In this document: piece after piece, positions 12,665 to 24,432 of the stretch
How the letters are laid out: every line of letters starts with the position of its first letter
Position numbering within the stretch: the first letter of the stretch is position 1
From: Escherichia coli
GTDB lineage: Bacteria; Pseudomonadota; Gammaproteobacteria; Enterobacterales; Enterobacteriaceae
Assembly: GCF_013122565.1 (NCBI RefSeq)
Contig: NZ_CP053258.1
Direction: 5' to 3' (one strand)
DNA length: 64,000 nt
Made by a program: the position numbers and the translations under genes
Notes under the pieces: generated by a model
Told to the model about the DNA's origin: nothing
What the model saw: the letters and a program-made list of their open reading frames with translations, nothing else
The model's database searches: none

Positions 12665-14266
12665 CTACAAGTCTAACGACCGCTTCCACAACATAAAATC
12701 AAACTGTTCGAGTTTGTCTGCCTTCACGACGTAGTCCTTACTGGCAGTTTCAATAACTTTTTCAAATAATTCTCTACTCACATCTTCCAGCGGAGTGCCG
12801 TCAATCACTGGGCCACAGTCGAAATCAATCATGTCAGACAATCGTCTGGCAATCGTGCTGTTGGTGGATATTTTTAACACCGGAACAATCGGGTTACCGG
12901 TGGGCGTACCAAGACCCGTCGAGAAGATAACCACATTACATCCTGCTGCTACCAATCCGGTTACCGCGTCCACGTCATTGCCCGGAGTACACACCAACGA
13001 TAATCCACTATCGGGCATAGGCTCAGCGTAATCGCATACACTCACAATTGGCGCTCGCCCGCCTTTTTTCGCTGCTCCGGTAGATTTTATTGCGTCAGTA
13101 ATCAACCCATCCGCGATGTTGCCAAAACTTGGGTTATCCGCAATGGTGGTATCGAAAAAGTTCGCTGTCTTTTCGTAGCCTTGCATTAGATTGAGGAACT
13201 TTTTTTTATCCTCAAGATTAATACAACGCTTAACCATATCACCTTCTGCCCCACATAATTCTGGAAATTCTGCTAACCCGGAAGCGCCACCAAGCGTTGT
13301 CAACCAGTCAGAAACCAGCCCCATTGCAGGGTTGCCGGAGATACCAGAAAAACCATCGGAACCACCACACTTCATCCCCACTTTGAGACAGGAAAGAGGG
13401 ACCTCTACTCTTTCTGTCGGCTTCACCGCTTTCATTGCCGCGAAAGTCTGCTGTAAAGCGGTCTGCATCATCCGCTCTTCGCTGTCCCACTCCTGTTGGA
13501 GAAAGTAGAGCGCAGGTTTATCAAATTCAGGATTACGTCTCGCCAGCGCATCCTTAAACATTTTCTGCTGCGCTTTTTCACATCCTAAACTGAATACCGT
13601 CATACCGATTACATTCGGATGGTCAGCATAAGCAGCTAATACATCGCACATAGTTTCACAGTCTGAAGTTGCACCACCACAACCACTGGTGACCGTAATA
13701 CAGCGAACACCTTCAATATGCGGAAACATTCTCGCGGTTTCGATCAGTTCATCGCTACCGGACGTCAGATTAAGAGCAAACTTTTTCAGTGAGTTATTGG
13801 TATAACCCAAAGCATCATTCAAAGCATTGGTTAACTTACTGACATTACGGTTCTCGCAAAATACCAATGGAAAGACTAACCAGTAACTGGCAGTACCCAC
13901 TCTGCCATCGTCACGGACATAACCTTTAAAAGTGCGGGTGCTCCAGTCAGAGACATCCGGTGCCTGCCAGTGGTAGGGTTCAACATCCTCCAGTGTGACA
14001 GGAGCTGCATAGTGGCGAATATTATCAACGGTAATCGCTTCTCCCTTAACGATGGGACGCGTGGCCTTGCCAACTGGCGTACCGTACATCGAAACAATGC
14101 CATCCAGAGGAATATCTTGCGTCGCAAACTTATGTTTAGCCTTAACATCAGTTACTAACGTTATGTTGTCGTCATCCCACGAGTACGATTCTCCAGCGTG
14201 CAGGTCTTTCAACGCGACAATGAGATTATCGTTACTGTCGATACGTAATATTTTTTGCATAATCAT
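12665..14266 (-). CDS. UxaA/GarD-family sugar-acid dehydratase (altronate/galactarate dehydratase-like), substrate unknown
   Basis: ORF 12665-14266(-), 533 aa. SAF-like N-terminus; shares conserved blocks with galactarate dehydratase as I recall it (GMKCGGSDGFSGISGNPAMG, KKGGRAPIV, VIFSTGLGTPTG). Not part of the K-12 gene order at this junction. Confidence 0.75.
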   Translation of the reverse strand: MIMQKILRIDSNDNLIVALKDLHAGESYSWDDDNITLVTDVKAKHKFATQDIPLDGIVSMYGTPVGKATRPIVKGEAITVDNIRHYAAPVTLEDVEPYHWQAPDVSDWSTRTFKGYVRDDGRVGTASYWLVFPLVFCENRNVSKLTNALNDALGYTNNSLKKFALNLTSGSDELIETARMFPHIEGVRCITVTSGCGGATSDCETMCDVLAAYADHPNVIGMTVFSLGCEKAQQKMFKDALARRNPEFDKPALYFLQQEWDSEERMMQTALQQTFAAMKAVKPTERVEVPLSCLKVGMKCGGSDGFSGISGNPAMGLVSDWLTTLGGASGLAEFPELCGAEGDMVKRCINLEDKKKFLNLMQGYEKTANFFDTTIADNPSFGNIADGLITDAIKSTGAAKKGGRAPIVSVCDYAEPMPDSGLSLVCTPGNDVDAVTGLVAAGCNVVIFSTGLGTPTGNPIVPVLKISTNSTIARRLSDMIDFDCGPVIDGTPLEDVSRELFEKVIETASKDYVVKADKLEQFDFMLWKRSLDL

Positions 14267-14293
14267 ATTCTTCCAGTCAGATGTTCAATCTTA

Positions 14294-15595
14294 TTAACTG
14301 TATGCTTTTGCTGCCTGTTGGCTCTTTTGCAGCAATCCAATCAATAATGCGCAGCCGATGGTAATTACAGACAACGCCATCAATCCGGCGATGCTGCTAT
14401 CCATTGCCCGATCAACCTCAACACGGATAAGAGGAGCAAGGAACGAGCAGAAAGCGCCCATCGTGGTGCAAAAACCGATCCCCGCAGCCAGTGCCGGACC
14501 AGTAAGAAGTTGTGGAGGGAAAGTCCAGAATATTGGCTGTACTGAGAGGAAACCAACCGCACTTAAACAAAGTGCACCAATCGCCACAACAGGCCCCGCA
14601 AATGCGGAAAGGGCAAGGCCGACAGCAGCAGCCAACATACACATAACCGAAATGGCCACACGCTGGGAAGGATTGCGGTCAGCAATTCGCGGAATGTAAT
14701 AGACGCCAAAAGCAGAGCACGCCCATGGTATTGCCGCGACTAATGACTGCTTAAAGCCAAGGCTTTCTCCCATCAGCGATGCAACCTGTGACGGAAGGAA
14801 AAACATTAAACCATATACTGATATCTGGATGGTGCCGTAGATTAATGCCAGATGCCAAACTTTGGCATTTTTCAATGCTGAAATCACTGAACTGGTTTCT
14901 GTTTTCTGTCGTTCAGATTCCAGTTGCTTATTCAAAGCGTCTTTTTCTTCCTGGGTAAGAAATCGCGCTTTCGTCGGATTATCATCAAGGTAGAACCAGG
15001 CAAAGATACCAAGCACTAATGCCGGCAATCCCTCAATGACAAACATCCAGAACCATCCTGGACGTCCCATCCAGCCATGTAGTTCAAGTAAAGCTCCCGA
15101 TATTGGCGAACCGAGCGTTAACGCCAGCGGCACCCCCAACACAAATATTCCCACGACCGATCCGCGAACCTTGTTAGGAAAATAAATGGATGCGAGCAGT
15201 AAAATTCCGGGATAGAACCCCGCCTCGCCCAGCCCTAACAGAAAGCGCAAAATAATAAATTGCGTTTCACTGGTGACAAATCCCGTCATTGCCGAGAGAA
15301 GGCCCCAAATTGCAGTTGTAATACTTAACCACTTTTGTGCGCCGATTTTATTGAGGATCAGGTTAGCTGGAATGCCGAAAAGTGCATAGGCAGCGAAAAA
15401 TATTCCTGCACCGAGAGCGAATGCCGACTCTGATAATCCAATATCCAGTTTCATTGCATCTTTGGCAAAGCCAACATTTACCCGATCAATAAAGGCAACA
15501 AAATACATTATGAACATTAAGGGTACTAAACGTTTCCACGATTTTTGAATTGCGGAATTCAACAGCGGATTATCGTATTGGGTTATATTAGCCAT
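14294..15595 (-). CDS. MFS transporter, anion:cation symporter type (hexuronate/aldarate/galactonate permease-like)
   Basis: ORF 14294-15595(-), 433 aa; 12-TM hydrophobic profile; N-terminal FIDRVNVGFA-type motif typical of ExuT/GudP/DgoT-like permeases. Confidence 0.7.
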   Translation of the reverse strand: MANITQYDNPLLNSAIQKSWKRLVPLMFIMYFVAFIDRVNVGFAKDAMKLDIGLSESAFALGAGIFFAAYALFGIPANLILNKIGAQKWLSITTAIWGLLSAMTGFVTSETQFIILRFLLGLGEAGFYPGILLLASIYFPNKVRGSVVGIFVLGVPLALTLGSPISGALLELHGWMGRPGWFWMFVIEGLPALVLGIFAWFYLDDNPTKARFLTQEEKDALNKQLESERQKTETSSVISALKNAKVWHLALIYGTIQISVYGLMFFLPSQVASLMGESLGFKQSLVAAIPWACSAFGVYYIPRIADRNPSQRVAISVMCMLAAAVGLALSAFAGPVVAIGALCLSAVGFLSVQPIFWTFPPQLLTGPALAAGIGFCTTMGAFCSFLAPLIRVEVDRAMDSSIAGLMALSVITIGCALLIGLLQKSQQAAKAYS

Positions 15596-15645
15596 AAATA
15601 AATCCTTAGTTCTGTTGGTAAGATATTCTATTTATAGGTTTTATA

Positions 15646-16539
15646 TTATTTATAATAATCGGTGACAGATAAAATTTCCTGCAATCTCCGGGATTGAATA
15701 TCATCAAGTATATTAAATGGTGAAGAACACCGCTCTGATTGAATAACCCCCTTTAACTGAAGGGCTTTTTTGAAAGTGGGAATAAAAGGAGAATTCACGC
15801 TGTAAACGGCCATTAGTTGATCGACTATCTGCTGATGCTGCGCGACTGCAAGTAAATCGTCATTCGTGAATGCTTGCATCCAGGAGGCAAAAAATTCAGG
15901 GACAATATTGGATAAACCACCAATACAGCCATCTCCACCAGATAGTATGTTGTGGGCAAAATTATTGTCATATCCTGCATACACTTCAAAATGAGGGATA
16001 TTTTTCTTTACGGTATTGATAACCTGCGCAGTATGGAAAGCATCAGGGACGGTATCTTTCATACCAATAATATTGGGATATTTATCTGCCAGTCGTAAAC
16101 AAATCTCTGGTGATACGCTGTACCCGGTTCTCTCCGGGAAGTTATAAATAAAAATATGAGCCGGGGTTTGGCTTGCAATCGTACTGTAGAAATCAAAAAT
16201 AGCTTCATCATCCAGAGGGAAATAATAAGGACTGATGATCATCACACCATCCAATCCTTGCTCCCAGGCGTAATTGGCCAGTGATATTGATTCATTGACG
16301 TCCATGCGACTGGCTCCGGCATAAACCTTCATATCGCCTCGGGAAAACTCACTACAGGTTTTAATCATTTGGCGGGCGTTTTCCATATTAAGAGAAAAAA
16401 ACTCACCAGTACTGCCCATCACAACAAACCCGGACACGTGATTTTTAATAAAATCATAAACCTGAGTGTTTTGCTCAGGATCGATTCGCCCTTGTTCATC
16501 AAATATGGTGACAACGGGGGTTATGTAACGACTTTTCAT
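15646..16539 (-). CDS. DapA/NanA-family class I aldolase or dehydratase (dihydrodipicolinate synthase fold)
   Basis: ORF 15646-16539(-), 297 aa; N-terminal ITPVVTIFDEQGRID, GSTGE motif, YNFP tyrosine and IIGMKD Schiff-base lysine motif. Confidence 0.7.
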   Translation of the reverse strand: MKSRYITPVVTIFDEQGRIDPEQNTQVYDFIKNHVSGFVVMGSTGEFFSLNMENARQMIKTCSEFSRGDMKVYAGASRMDVNESISLANYAWEQGLDGVMIISPYYFPLDDEAIFDFYSTIASQTPAHIFIYNFPERTGYSVSPEICLRLADKYPNIIGMKDTVPDAFHTAQVINTVKKNIPHFEVYAGYDNNFAHNILSGGDGCIGGLSNIVPEFFASWMQAFTNDDLLAVAQHQQIVDQLMAVYSVNSPFIPTFKKALQLKGVIQSERCSSPFNILDDIQSRRLQEILSVTDYYK

Positions 16540-16846
16540 GCCTACCTCATCATAGTTTTATTGTTCATATATACAAACAACGTTTTTAAATACAAACTAA
16601 AATGAGTATACCCAACCTCAGAAATGAGTCAAATTTAGCCAATCACAGAAGTGATACAGCTAAGCTATTGATATATTTGGAGTAATTATGTCGGAGACCT
16701 GCATAAAAAACAATCGCAGTTCTTTTTTTATCCGTTTTATGACCAGTATCACGCTAAAAAAGGACTGATGGGCTCAACAGCAGTCAAGGAACGCGAGGGG
16801 GTTAATTTACTTGAATTATAATTCTCCCTAGAATGGTGCATTACTC

Positions 16847-17647
16847 ATGGTAAGGGAAATAGTCATTATGGAACATAAGCCTACCATCCGGGTGTTAGAG
16901 ATACTGGAAGCACTGGCAGCGGAGAATCAGGGTGTTTCATTAACTCACCTTTCGGAAAAAACAGGCATCCTGAAAGGAACGATTTTTCCCATCCTCAAAA
17001 CGCTGGTTGAACAGCGGTACATCAGTTATGACGCTAATACCCAGCTTTATAATCTGGGGATCTCCTGCTCGATTCTGTCCCGTGCTTTCCTCGACAGATC
17101 GTACTGGTTAAAAATGGTTTACAAAGAGATGAACAACATTGTCAAAGAGTGCAATGAAGTTTGTCAGATGGGGATCCTGGACGGTGCAGATGTTTTATAT
17201 ATCAATAAGGTGCAGGCGGCACAAACCGTACAACTGGTTTCACATATTGGGACTCGTCTGCCTGCTATCTATTCTGCGCTGGGAAAAGCCATTATCTGTG
17301 AATACAGTGATCAACAAATTCGGCAACTCTACCCTGACGGTTTTGTTCCCATGACATCGTATAGCGTTACGACCCTGGAACAATTGCGCCAACAACTTGA
17401 GGATGCCAGAGTAAATGGCTATGCATTTGATAACAGGGAAATCAATGAGGAGACGGTATGTTATGCTGTTGCCTTAAAACAGCGAAATAAAACGCTTGCC
17501 GCCATCAGCATTTCAATACCCGTATTTCGTGCGACAAAAGAAAAAATTGCCGATGTCACGCGTATCCTGCTGAATGCACGTTCGCGTATTGAACAGGAAC
17601 TCAACACCTTACAGGATATCAATATCGGTATTGATTCCCACCATTAA
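16847..17647 (+). CDS. IclR-family transcriptional regulator
   Basis: ORF 16847-17647(+), 266 aa (alternative start at ATG 16868); N-terminal winged HTH and C-terminal IclR effector domain; divergent from the three-gene operon. Confidence 0.75.
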   Translation: MVREIVIMEHKPTIRVLEILEALAAENQGVSLTHLSEKTGILKGTIFPILKTLVEQRYISYDANTQLYNLGISCSILSRAFLDRSYWLKMVYKEMNNIVKECNEVCQMGILDGADVLYINKVQAAQTVQLVSHIGTRLPAIYSALGKAIICEYSDQQIRQLYPDGFVPMTSYSVTTLEQLRQQLEDARVNGYAFDNREINEETVCYAVALKQRNKTLAAISISIPVFRATKEKIADVTRILLNARSRIEQELNTLQDINIGIDSHH

Positions 17648-17664
17648 GGGTATTTTCCATTCGA

Positions 17665-17691
17665 AGCCCGATACGTAAAAATTATCGGGCT
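17665..17691. terminator. hairpin between convergent IclR gene and rlmB (possible bidirectional terminator)
   Basis: Perfect 9-bp inverted repeat agcccgata / tatcgggct with a 9-nt loop; no strong T-run, so function is uncertain. Confidence 0.35.
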
Positions 17692-17723
17692 AACAAAATA
17701 TCCATTGAATGGATAGCGATGAA

Positions 17724-18455
17724 CTAGCTGCGCTGGCGCACCGCTTCAAATAAGCAAATTCCGGTCGCAACCGAAACGTTCAGGGAAGAAACGCTTCCAG
17801 CCATCGGGATGCTGATCAACTCATCGCAATGTTCACGAGTCAGGCGACGCATACCTTCACCTTCCGCACCCATCACCAGCGCCAGGCGTCCGGTCATTTT
17901 GCTCTGATAGAGTGTATGATCCGCCTCGCCTGCCGTACCGACGATCCAGATATTCTCTTCCTGCAACATACGCATGGTGCGCGCAAGGTTAGTCACCCGA
18001 ATCAGCGGAACGTTTTCTGCCGCGCCGCAGGCTACTTTTTTCGCCGTGGCGTTGAGCTGTGCGGAGCGATCTTTCGGCACAATCACCGCATGAACGCCAG
18101 CGGCGTCCGCGCTACGCAGGCACGCGCCGAGGTTGTGCGGATCGGTTACACCGTCGAGGATCAGCAGGAACGGTTGATCGAGCGAAGCGATCAGATCCGG
18201 CAGATCGTTTTCCTGATACTGACGTCCTGGCTTCACACGGGCAATAATGCCCTGATGCACGGCACCGTCGCTTTTCTCGTCGAGATACTGACGGTTCGCC
18301 AACTGGATAACCACGCCCTGGGACTCAAGGGCGTGAATCAGCGGTAACAGACGTTTATCTTCACGGCCTTTTAAAATAAAGACTTCCTGAAAACGTTCAG
18401 GGGCGCGCTCCAGCAGGGCCTGCACTGCGTGGATGCCGTAAATCATTTCGCTCAT
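17724..18455 (-). CDS. rlmB: 23S rRNA (guanosine2251-2'-O)-methyltransferase
   Basis: ORF 17724-18455(-), 243 aa; SpoU/TrmH fold; recognised as RlmB. Confidence 0.9.
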   Translation of the reverse strand: MSEMIYGIHAVQALLERAPERFQEVFILKGREDKRLLPLIHALESQGVVIQLANRQYLDEKSDGAVHQGIIARVKPGRQYQENDLPDLIASLDQPFLLILDGVTDPHNLGACLRSADAAGVHAVIVPKDRSAQLNATAKKVACGAAENVPLIRVTNLARTMRMLQEENIWIVGTAGEADHTLYQSKMTGRLALVMGAEGEGMRRLTREHCDELISIPMAGSVSSLNVSVATGICLFEAVRQRS

Positions 18456-18478
18456 TAATGTACTCGTTGTTTACGTTT

Positions 18479-18583
18479 TGCCTGATGCACTACGTTTATC
18501 CGGCCTACATGATCTCTGCAATATATTGAATTTGCGTGATTATGTAGGCCGGATAAGGCGTTCACGCCGCATCCGGCATGAAC
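18479..18583. repeat. BIME: two inverted REP elements
   Basis: gcctgatgcactacgtttatccggcctaca ... tgtaggccggataaggcgttcacgccgcatccggca between rlmB and rnr. Confidence 0.8.
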
Positions 18584-18634
18584 AAAGCGCATTTTGTCAG
18601 CAATCTAACCCTCTTCTTTTAAAGAGGGTAATGA

Positions 18635-21076
18635 TCACTCTGCCACTTTTTTCTTCGCCGCACGCTTCGCTTTGGTCGCTGCAGCTATTTTCTGCGTTTT
18701 CGCCGATGGCTTTTTCGCTTTTCTCGCGTCTTTCTTCGCTGCTTTCGGCTTCGTTTTTTTCTCACCGCGGAAGGCGCTGTCTGGCTCAAAGTTTACCTTT
18801 TTACCGACCTGACGACGCTTGCCGCCTTTTTTACCTGTATCGCCTTTTTTCGCTTTCTCGCGCGCCGTTTTACCGACGTTGCGCGGTGCGCGTTCGCTGG
18901 AGATCAGGCTAAAGTCGATTTTGCGCTCGTCCATATTAACCGCTTCGACGCGAACTTCCACGCGATCGCCCAGACGATAAGTCTGGCCGCTGGATTCACC
19001 CATCAGCCGTTGCCCTACCTGGTCAAAGCGATAGTAGTCATTGTCCAGCGAAGAGACATGGACCAGACCATCAATGAACAAGTCGTCCAGACGGACGAAG
19101 AAGCCAAAGCCAGTGACGCTGGAAATTACGCCTTTAAAGACGTTACCTACCTGGTCGAGCATGAAGTCACACTTCAGCCAGTCAGCTACATCGCGCGTTG
19201 CTTCGTCGGCACGACGTTCCGCCATCGAACAGTGCTGACCCAGTTGCAGCATCTCTTCCATCGAATAATGGTAGCCGCCGGTTTCAGTGGTGTTGCCCTG
19301 ATGCCCCTGCTCTTTCGCCAGCAGATATTTAATGGCGCGGTGCAACGTCAGGTCAGGATAACGACGAATCGGCGAAGTAAAGTGCGCATAGGACTGCAAT
19401 GCCAGACCGAAGTGACCACGGTTTTCCGGATCGTAAATTGCCTGTTTCATCGAGCGCAGCAGCATGGTTTGCAGCATTTCTGCATCAGGACGATCGGCAA
19501 CCGACTCCAGCAGCTCCGCGTAGTCACGCGGTTCCGGCTTGTTACCACCCGGCAGTTCCAGCCCCAGCTCCGCCAGAACAGAACGGAAAGAGGTAATCGC
19601 TTCGGTGCTCGGCTTGTCGTGAATACGGAACAGTGCCGGTTCTTTGGCTTTCTCAACGAAACGCGCCGCCGAGATATTCGCCAGAATCATGCACTCTTCA
19701 ATTAACTTGTGCGCGTCGTTACGCTGAGTCTGTTCGATACGCTCAATACGGCGTTCAGCGTTGAAAATAAACTTCGCTTCTTCGCTCTCAAATGAGATCC
19801 CACCGCGTTCTTCACGGGCTTTATCCAGCACTTTATAAAGGTTATGCAACTCTTCGAGATGCTTAACCAGCGGGGCGTATTGCTCGCGCAGATCCTGATC
19901 GCCCTGCAGAATATGCCAGACTTTGGTGTAGGTCAGACGCGCGTGAGAGCTCATCACCGCTTCGTAGAATTTGTAGCCAGTCAGGCGGCCTTTCGACGAA
20001 ACCGTCATCTCGCACACCATACACAGGCGGTCTACCTGCGGGTTGAGCGAACACAGGCCGTTAGAGAGCACTTCCGGCAGCATCGGGATAACCTGCGAAG
20101 GGAAGTACACCGACGTGCCACGGTTACGCGCTTCTCTGTCCAGCGGCGTTGGCGGACGCACATAGTAGCTGACGTCGGCAATCGCGACCCATAAACGCCA
20201 GCCGCCGCCGCGTTTTTTCTCGCAGTAAACTGCATCGTCAAAGTCACGGGCGTCTTCGCCATCAATGGTGACCAGCGGTAAATCACGCAGATCGACACGG
20301 CCCGCTTTTGCTTCTTCCGGCACTTCTTCTTTCAGCCCGGCAACCTGTTGCTCAACAGCCTGCGGCCAGATGTACGGAATTTCATGGGTACGCAGAGCGA
20401 TATCAACCGCCATGCCGGTGCCCATATTGTCGCCCAGCACTTCGACGATTTTACCCACCGCTTTGGTACGGCGAGTCGGGCGTTGGGTCAGTTCAACTAC
20501 GACCACAAAGCCCATCCGCGCGCCCATGATCTGATCGGGCGGGATTAAGATATCGAAGCTCAGACGGCTATCGTCAGGAACCACAAAGCCGACGCCCGCT
20601 TCGGTAAAGTAGCGACCAACAATCTGGCTGGTTTTTGGCACCAGTACGCGGACAATACGCGCTTCACGACGACCTTTACGGTCAGCGCCCAGCGGCTGAG
20701 CCAGCACCTGATCGCCATGAATGCAGGTTTTCATCTGCTCGCTGGAGAGATACAAATCATCTTTACGCCCTTCAACCCGCAGAAAGCCGTAGCCATCACG
20801 GTGGCCAATAACGGTACCTTTCACCAGGTCGAGGCGTTCCGGCAGCGCATAGCACTGACGACGAGTGAAGACCAGTTGACCATCGCGCTCCATCGCGCGC
20901 AGGCGGCGACGCAGGCCTTCAAGCTGCTCTTCGCCTTCAATGTGCAGTTCTACCGCCAGCTCATCACGGCTGGCCGGTTTTTCACGTTTGGTTAAATGTT
21001 CGAGGATAAATTCCCGACTAGGGATGGGATTCGCGTATTTTTCAGCTTCGCGTTCCTGGAAAGGATCTTGTGACAT
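18635..21076 (-). CDS. rnr: ribonuclease R
   Basis: ORF track 18635-21118(-); start placed at [14 protein letters not shown] (813 aa); RNB domain plus Lys/Ala-rich basic C-terminal tail. Confidence 0.9.
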   Translation of the reverse strand: MSQDPFQEREAEKYANPIPSREFILEHLTKREKPASRDELAVELHIEGEEQLEGLRRRLRAMERDGQLVFTRRQCYALPERLDLVKGTVIGHRDGYGFLRVEGRKDDLYLSSEQMKTCIHGDQVLAQPLGADRKGRREARIVRVLVPKTSQIVGRYFTEAGVGFVVPDDSRLSFDILIPPDQIMGARMGFVVVVELTQRPTRRTKAVGKIVEVLGDNMGTGMAVDIALRTHEIPYIWPQAVEQQVAGLKEEVPEEAKAGRVDLRDLPLVTIDGEDARDFDDAVYCEKKRGGGWRLWVAIADVSYYVRPPTPLDREARNRGTSVYFPSQVIPMLPEVLSNGLCSLNPQVDRLCMVCEMTVSSKGRLTGYKFYEAVMSSHARLTYTKVWHILQGDQDLREQYAPLVKHLEELHNLYKVLDKAREERGGISFESEEAKFIFNAERRIERIEQTQRNDAHKLIEECMILANISAARFVEKAKEPALFRIHDKPSTEAITSFRSVLAELGLELPGGNKPEPRDYAELLESVADRPDAEMLQTMLLRSMKQAIYDPENRGHFGLALQSYAHFTSPIRRYPDLTLHRAIKYLLAKEQGHQGNTTETGGYHYSMEEMLQLGQHCSMAERRADEATRDVADWLKCDFMLDQVGNVFKGVISSVTGFGFFVRLDDLFIDGLVHVSSLDNDYYRFDQVGQRLMGESSGQTYRLGDRVEVRVEAVNMDERKIDFSLISSERAPRNVGKTAREKAKKGDTGKKGGKRRQVGKKVNFEPDSAFRGEKKTKPKAAKKDARKAKKPSAKTQKIAAATKAKRAAKKKVAE

Positions 21077-21114
21077 CTCGGTTCCTCCGTTGTCATCTCT
21101 GATGAAGATTTTCG

Positions 21115-21540
21115 TCACTCCACCAGCAATAATTTATAAAGCGGTTGATTCTCTTCAACCAAATCGGCAAGCGTGTAGTTATCCAGTTCCGTAAGAAAAC
21201 TTTGCACGGCCTTAGAAAGTGCCTGTTTCAACCGACAGGCAGGTGTAATGTGGCAAAACTCACTGCTGCAATTCACCAGCGATAAAGGTTCCAGCTCGCG
21301 CACCACATCACCAATACGTATCGCACTCGCCGGTTTACCCAGGCGAATGCCGCCATTTTTTCCACGAACAGCAGTCACGTAGCCGGCACGACTAAGTTGA
21401 TTGATTATTTTGACCATATGATTACGGGAGACGCCGTAGACGTCAGTCACTTCAGAAATACTGGTCATCCGCCCTTCTGGCAATGACGCCATGTAGATCA
21501 GCGCACGTAATCCGTAATCAGTGAAACTCGTTAACTGCAC
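21115..21540 (-). CDS. nsrR: nitric-oxide-sensing Rrf2-family repressor NsrR
   Basis: ORF 21115-21540(-), 141 aa; three-Cys cluster ligands in [12 protein letters not shown]; overlaps the rnr start. Confidence 0.9.
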
Positions 21541-21744
21541 ATCAACCTCAAAAGGGAAATCGGGAAAAAATACATTTATATTGATGATAAACCAGCCACA
21601 AGCTGTGTCGCTAATTTATTTCAGTTCGGGGAAGGAAAAAAGCGAGGATTTAACACTGTGTCGGATAGCGTAATGGCTTAACCGACACAGCAATGTATCA
21701 CACTGTTAGCCCGGCAGGCAAAATATCTGCCAGGCGTACCAGAA

Positions 21745-23046
<1,302 letters not shown>

Positions 23047-23146
23047 TCAAAATCACCGTTTGCTTAAAAATGGATTCTACCATCGCTTTTTCAGAGTTAC
23101 AGCACTTTTTGCACTCAAAAATGACCTCGATCAGTCTGTTTTTTGT

Positions 23147-23344
23147 TCAGCCAATCGTTTTCCTCAACATGTAGTAGACCACAACGCCCGCAACCACAAG
23201 TCCACCGCCAAAACGACGTAAAATATTATCGGGCAAATTGGTCATCGCAGAGATCATCTTCTTCCATGCCTTCGGGTAAAGCATCGGCCCTAAACCTTCC
23301 AGTACCAAAACCAGGGCAAGCGCCAGCCAGATTGTCGAATTCAT
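23147..23344 (-). CDS. yjeT: DUF2065 small membrane protein
   Basis: ORF 23147-23344(-), 65 aa; two hydrophobic helices. Confidence 0.8.
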   Translation of the reverse strand: MNSTIWLALALVLVLEGLGPMLYPKAWKKMISAMTNLPDNILRRFGGGLVVAGVVVYYMLRKTIG

Positions 23345-23425
23345 TCATTATCCTTATAGAAAAAGAAAACCACCGACATCCCTGAGGATGCGGTGGCTTT
23401 ATTGACCTGTACCGCAGTCGTTATA

Positions 23426-24430
23426 TTAACGCGTTGCGGAAGTCGGCGTCTTCATGTAGCGGAAGAAATCGCTATCCGGGCTCATGACCATCACGTCCTG
23501 ATTGCCAGAGAAGCTGTTCTCATAAGCACGCAGGCTACGGATGAATGCGTAGAAGTCCGGATCTTTACTGAATGCATCAGCAAACAGTTTGGCTGCTTCG
23601 GCATCGCCTTCACCGCGCATGATGCGGCCCTGACGCTCAGCTTCTGCCAGCGTTCTGGTCACTTCATAGTCGGCAGTCGCGCGCAGTTTTTCCGCTTCTT
23701 CCTGACCTTGTGAACGGTGACGACGCGCTACCGCTTCACGCTCGGCGCGCATACGGTTGTAGATCGCTTCAGACACTTCGGTCGGGAGGTTGATCTGCTT
23801 GATACGCACATCGACAACTTCAATACCCAGCGCCGCCATACTGTTCGGGTTGATGACCGGAACTTTGCCCTTCGTCTCAGCCGTTACGCGCTCTGCCGCT
23901 TCGGCAATGGCGTTATCTGCCGCCGGGGTAGTAACTTCATCTTCTGTACCCGCAGAACCGGAGTTCAGCGCATCACGTACTTCGAGGGTCAGACGACCAC
24001 GGGAATCGGTGACGATATCTTTCACGTCCAGGCGACCAATTTCAGAACGCAGACGGTCAGAGAACTTACGTTTCAACAGCACTTCCGCTTGCGAAATGTC
24101 GCCACCACCCGTTGCCAGGTAGTAACGGCTGAAATCGCTGATGCGCCATTTGATGTAAGAGTCGACGATCAGGTCTTTCTTCTCTTTGGTCACAAAGCGG
24201 TCGGCCTGGTTGTCCATGGTCTGAATACGTGCGTCGAGCATTTTCACCGTTTCAATGAACGGTATCTTGAAATGCAGACCCGGCTCATAAACCAGAGGTT
24301 TGTTGTCATCGTCACGCAGTACCTTACCAAAACGCAGCGTAATACCGCGCTCACCTTCTTTGACGACAAAGACAGACATGTAAAGCACTACCAGCACGAT
24401 GATGATAATCGCGATAACTGACTTACGCAT
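23426..24430 (-). CDS. hflC: FtsH protease modulator HflC
   Basis: ORF 23426-24430(-), 334 aa; SPFH/band-7 domain. Confidence 0.95.
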   Translation of the reverse strand: MRKSVIAIIIIVLVVLYMSVFVVKEGERGITLRFGKVLRDDDNKPLVYEPGLHFKIPFIETVKMLDARIQTMDNQADRFVTKEKKDLIVDSYIKWRISDFSRYYLATGGGDISQAEVLLKRKFSDRLRSEIGRLDVKDIVTDSRGRLTLEVRDALNSGSAGTEDEVTTPAADNAIAEAAERVTAETKGKVPVINPNSMAALGIEVVDVRIKQINLPTEVSEAIYNRMRAEREAVARRHRSQGQEEAEKLRATADYEVTRTLAEAERQGRIMRGEGDAEAAKLFADAFSKDPDFYAFIRSLRAYENSFSGNQDVMVMSPDSDFFRYMKTPTSATR

Positions 24431-24432
24431 CG

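Noticed and set aside
12475..17723. Island as a prophage remnant, defence island or integrative element
   Set aside because: No integrase, transposase, nuclease, methyltransferase or ATPase signatures and no flanking direct repeats. All four products look metabolic or regulatory.
18479..18583. Possible CRISPR-like repeat/spacer pattern (also at 51528-51627 and 52829-52928)
   Set aside because: The repeats are imperfect palindromes of the REP type, arranged as inverted pairs rather than direct repeats with unique spacers. No cas genes are nearby.
18635..18860. Lys/Ala-rich low-complexity coding stretch
   Set aside because: Corresponds to the basic C-terminal tail of RNase R; not a separate histone-like gene.
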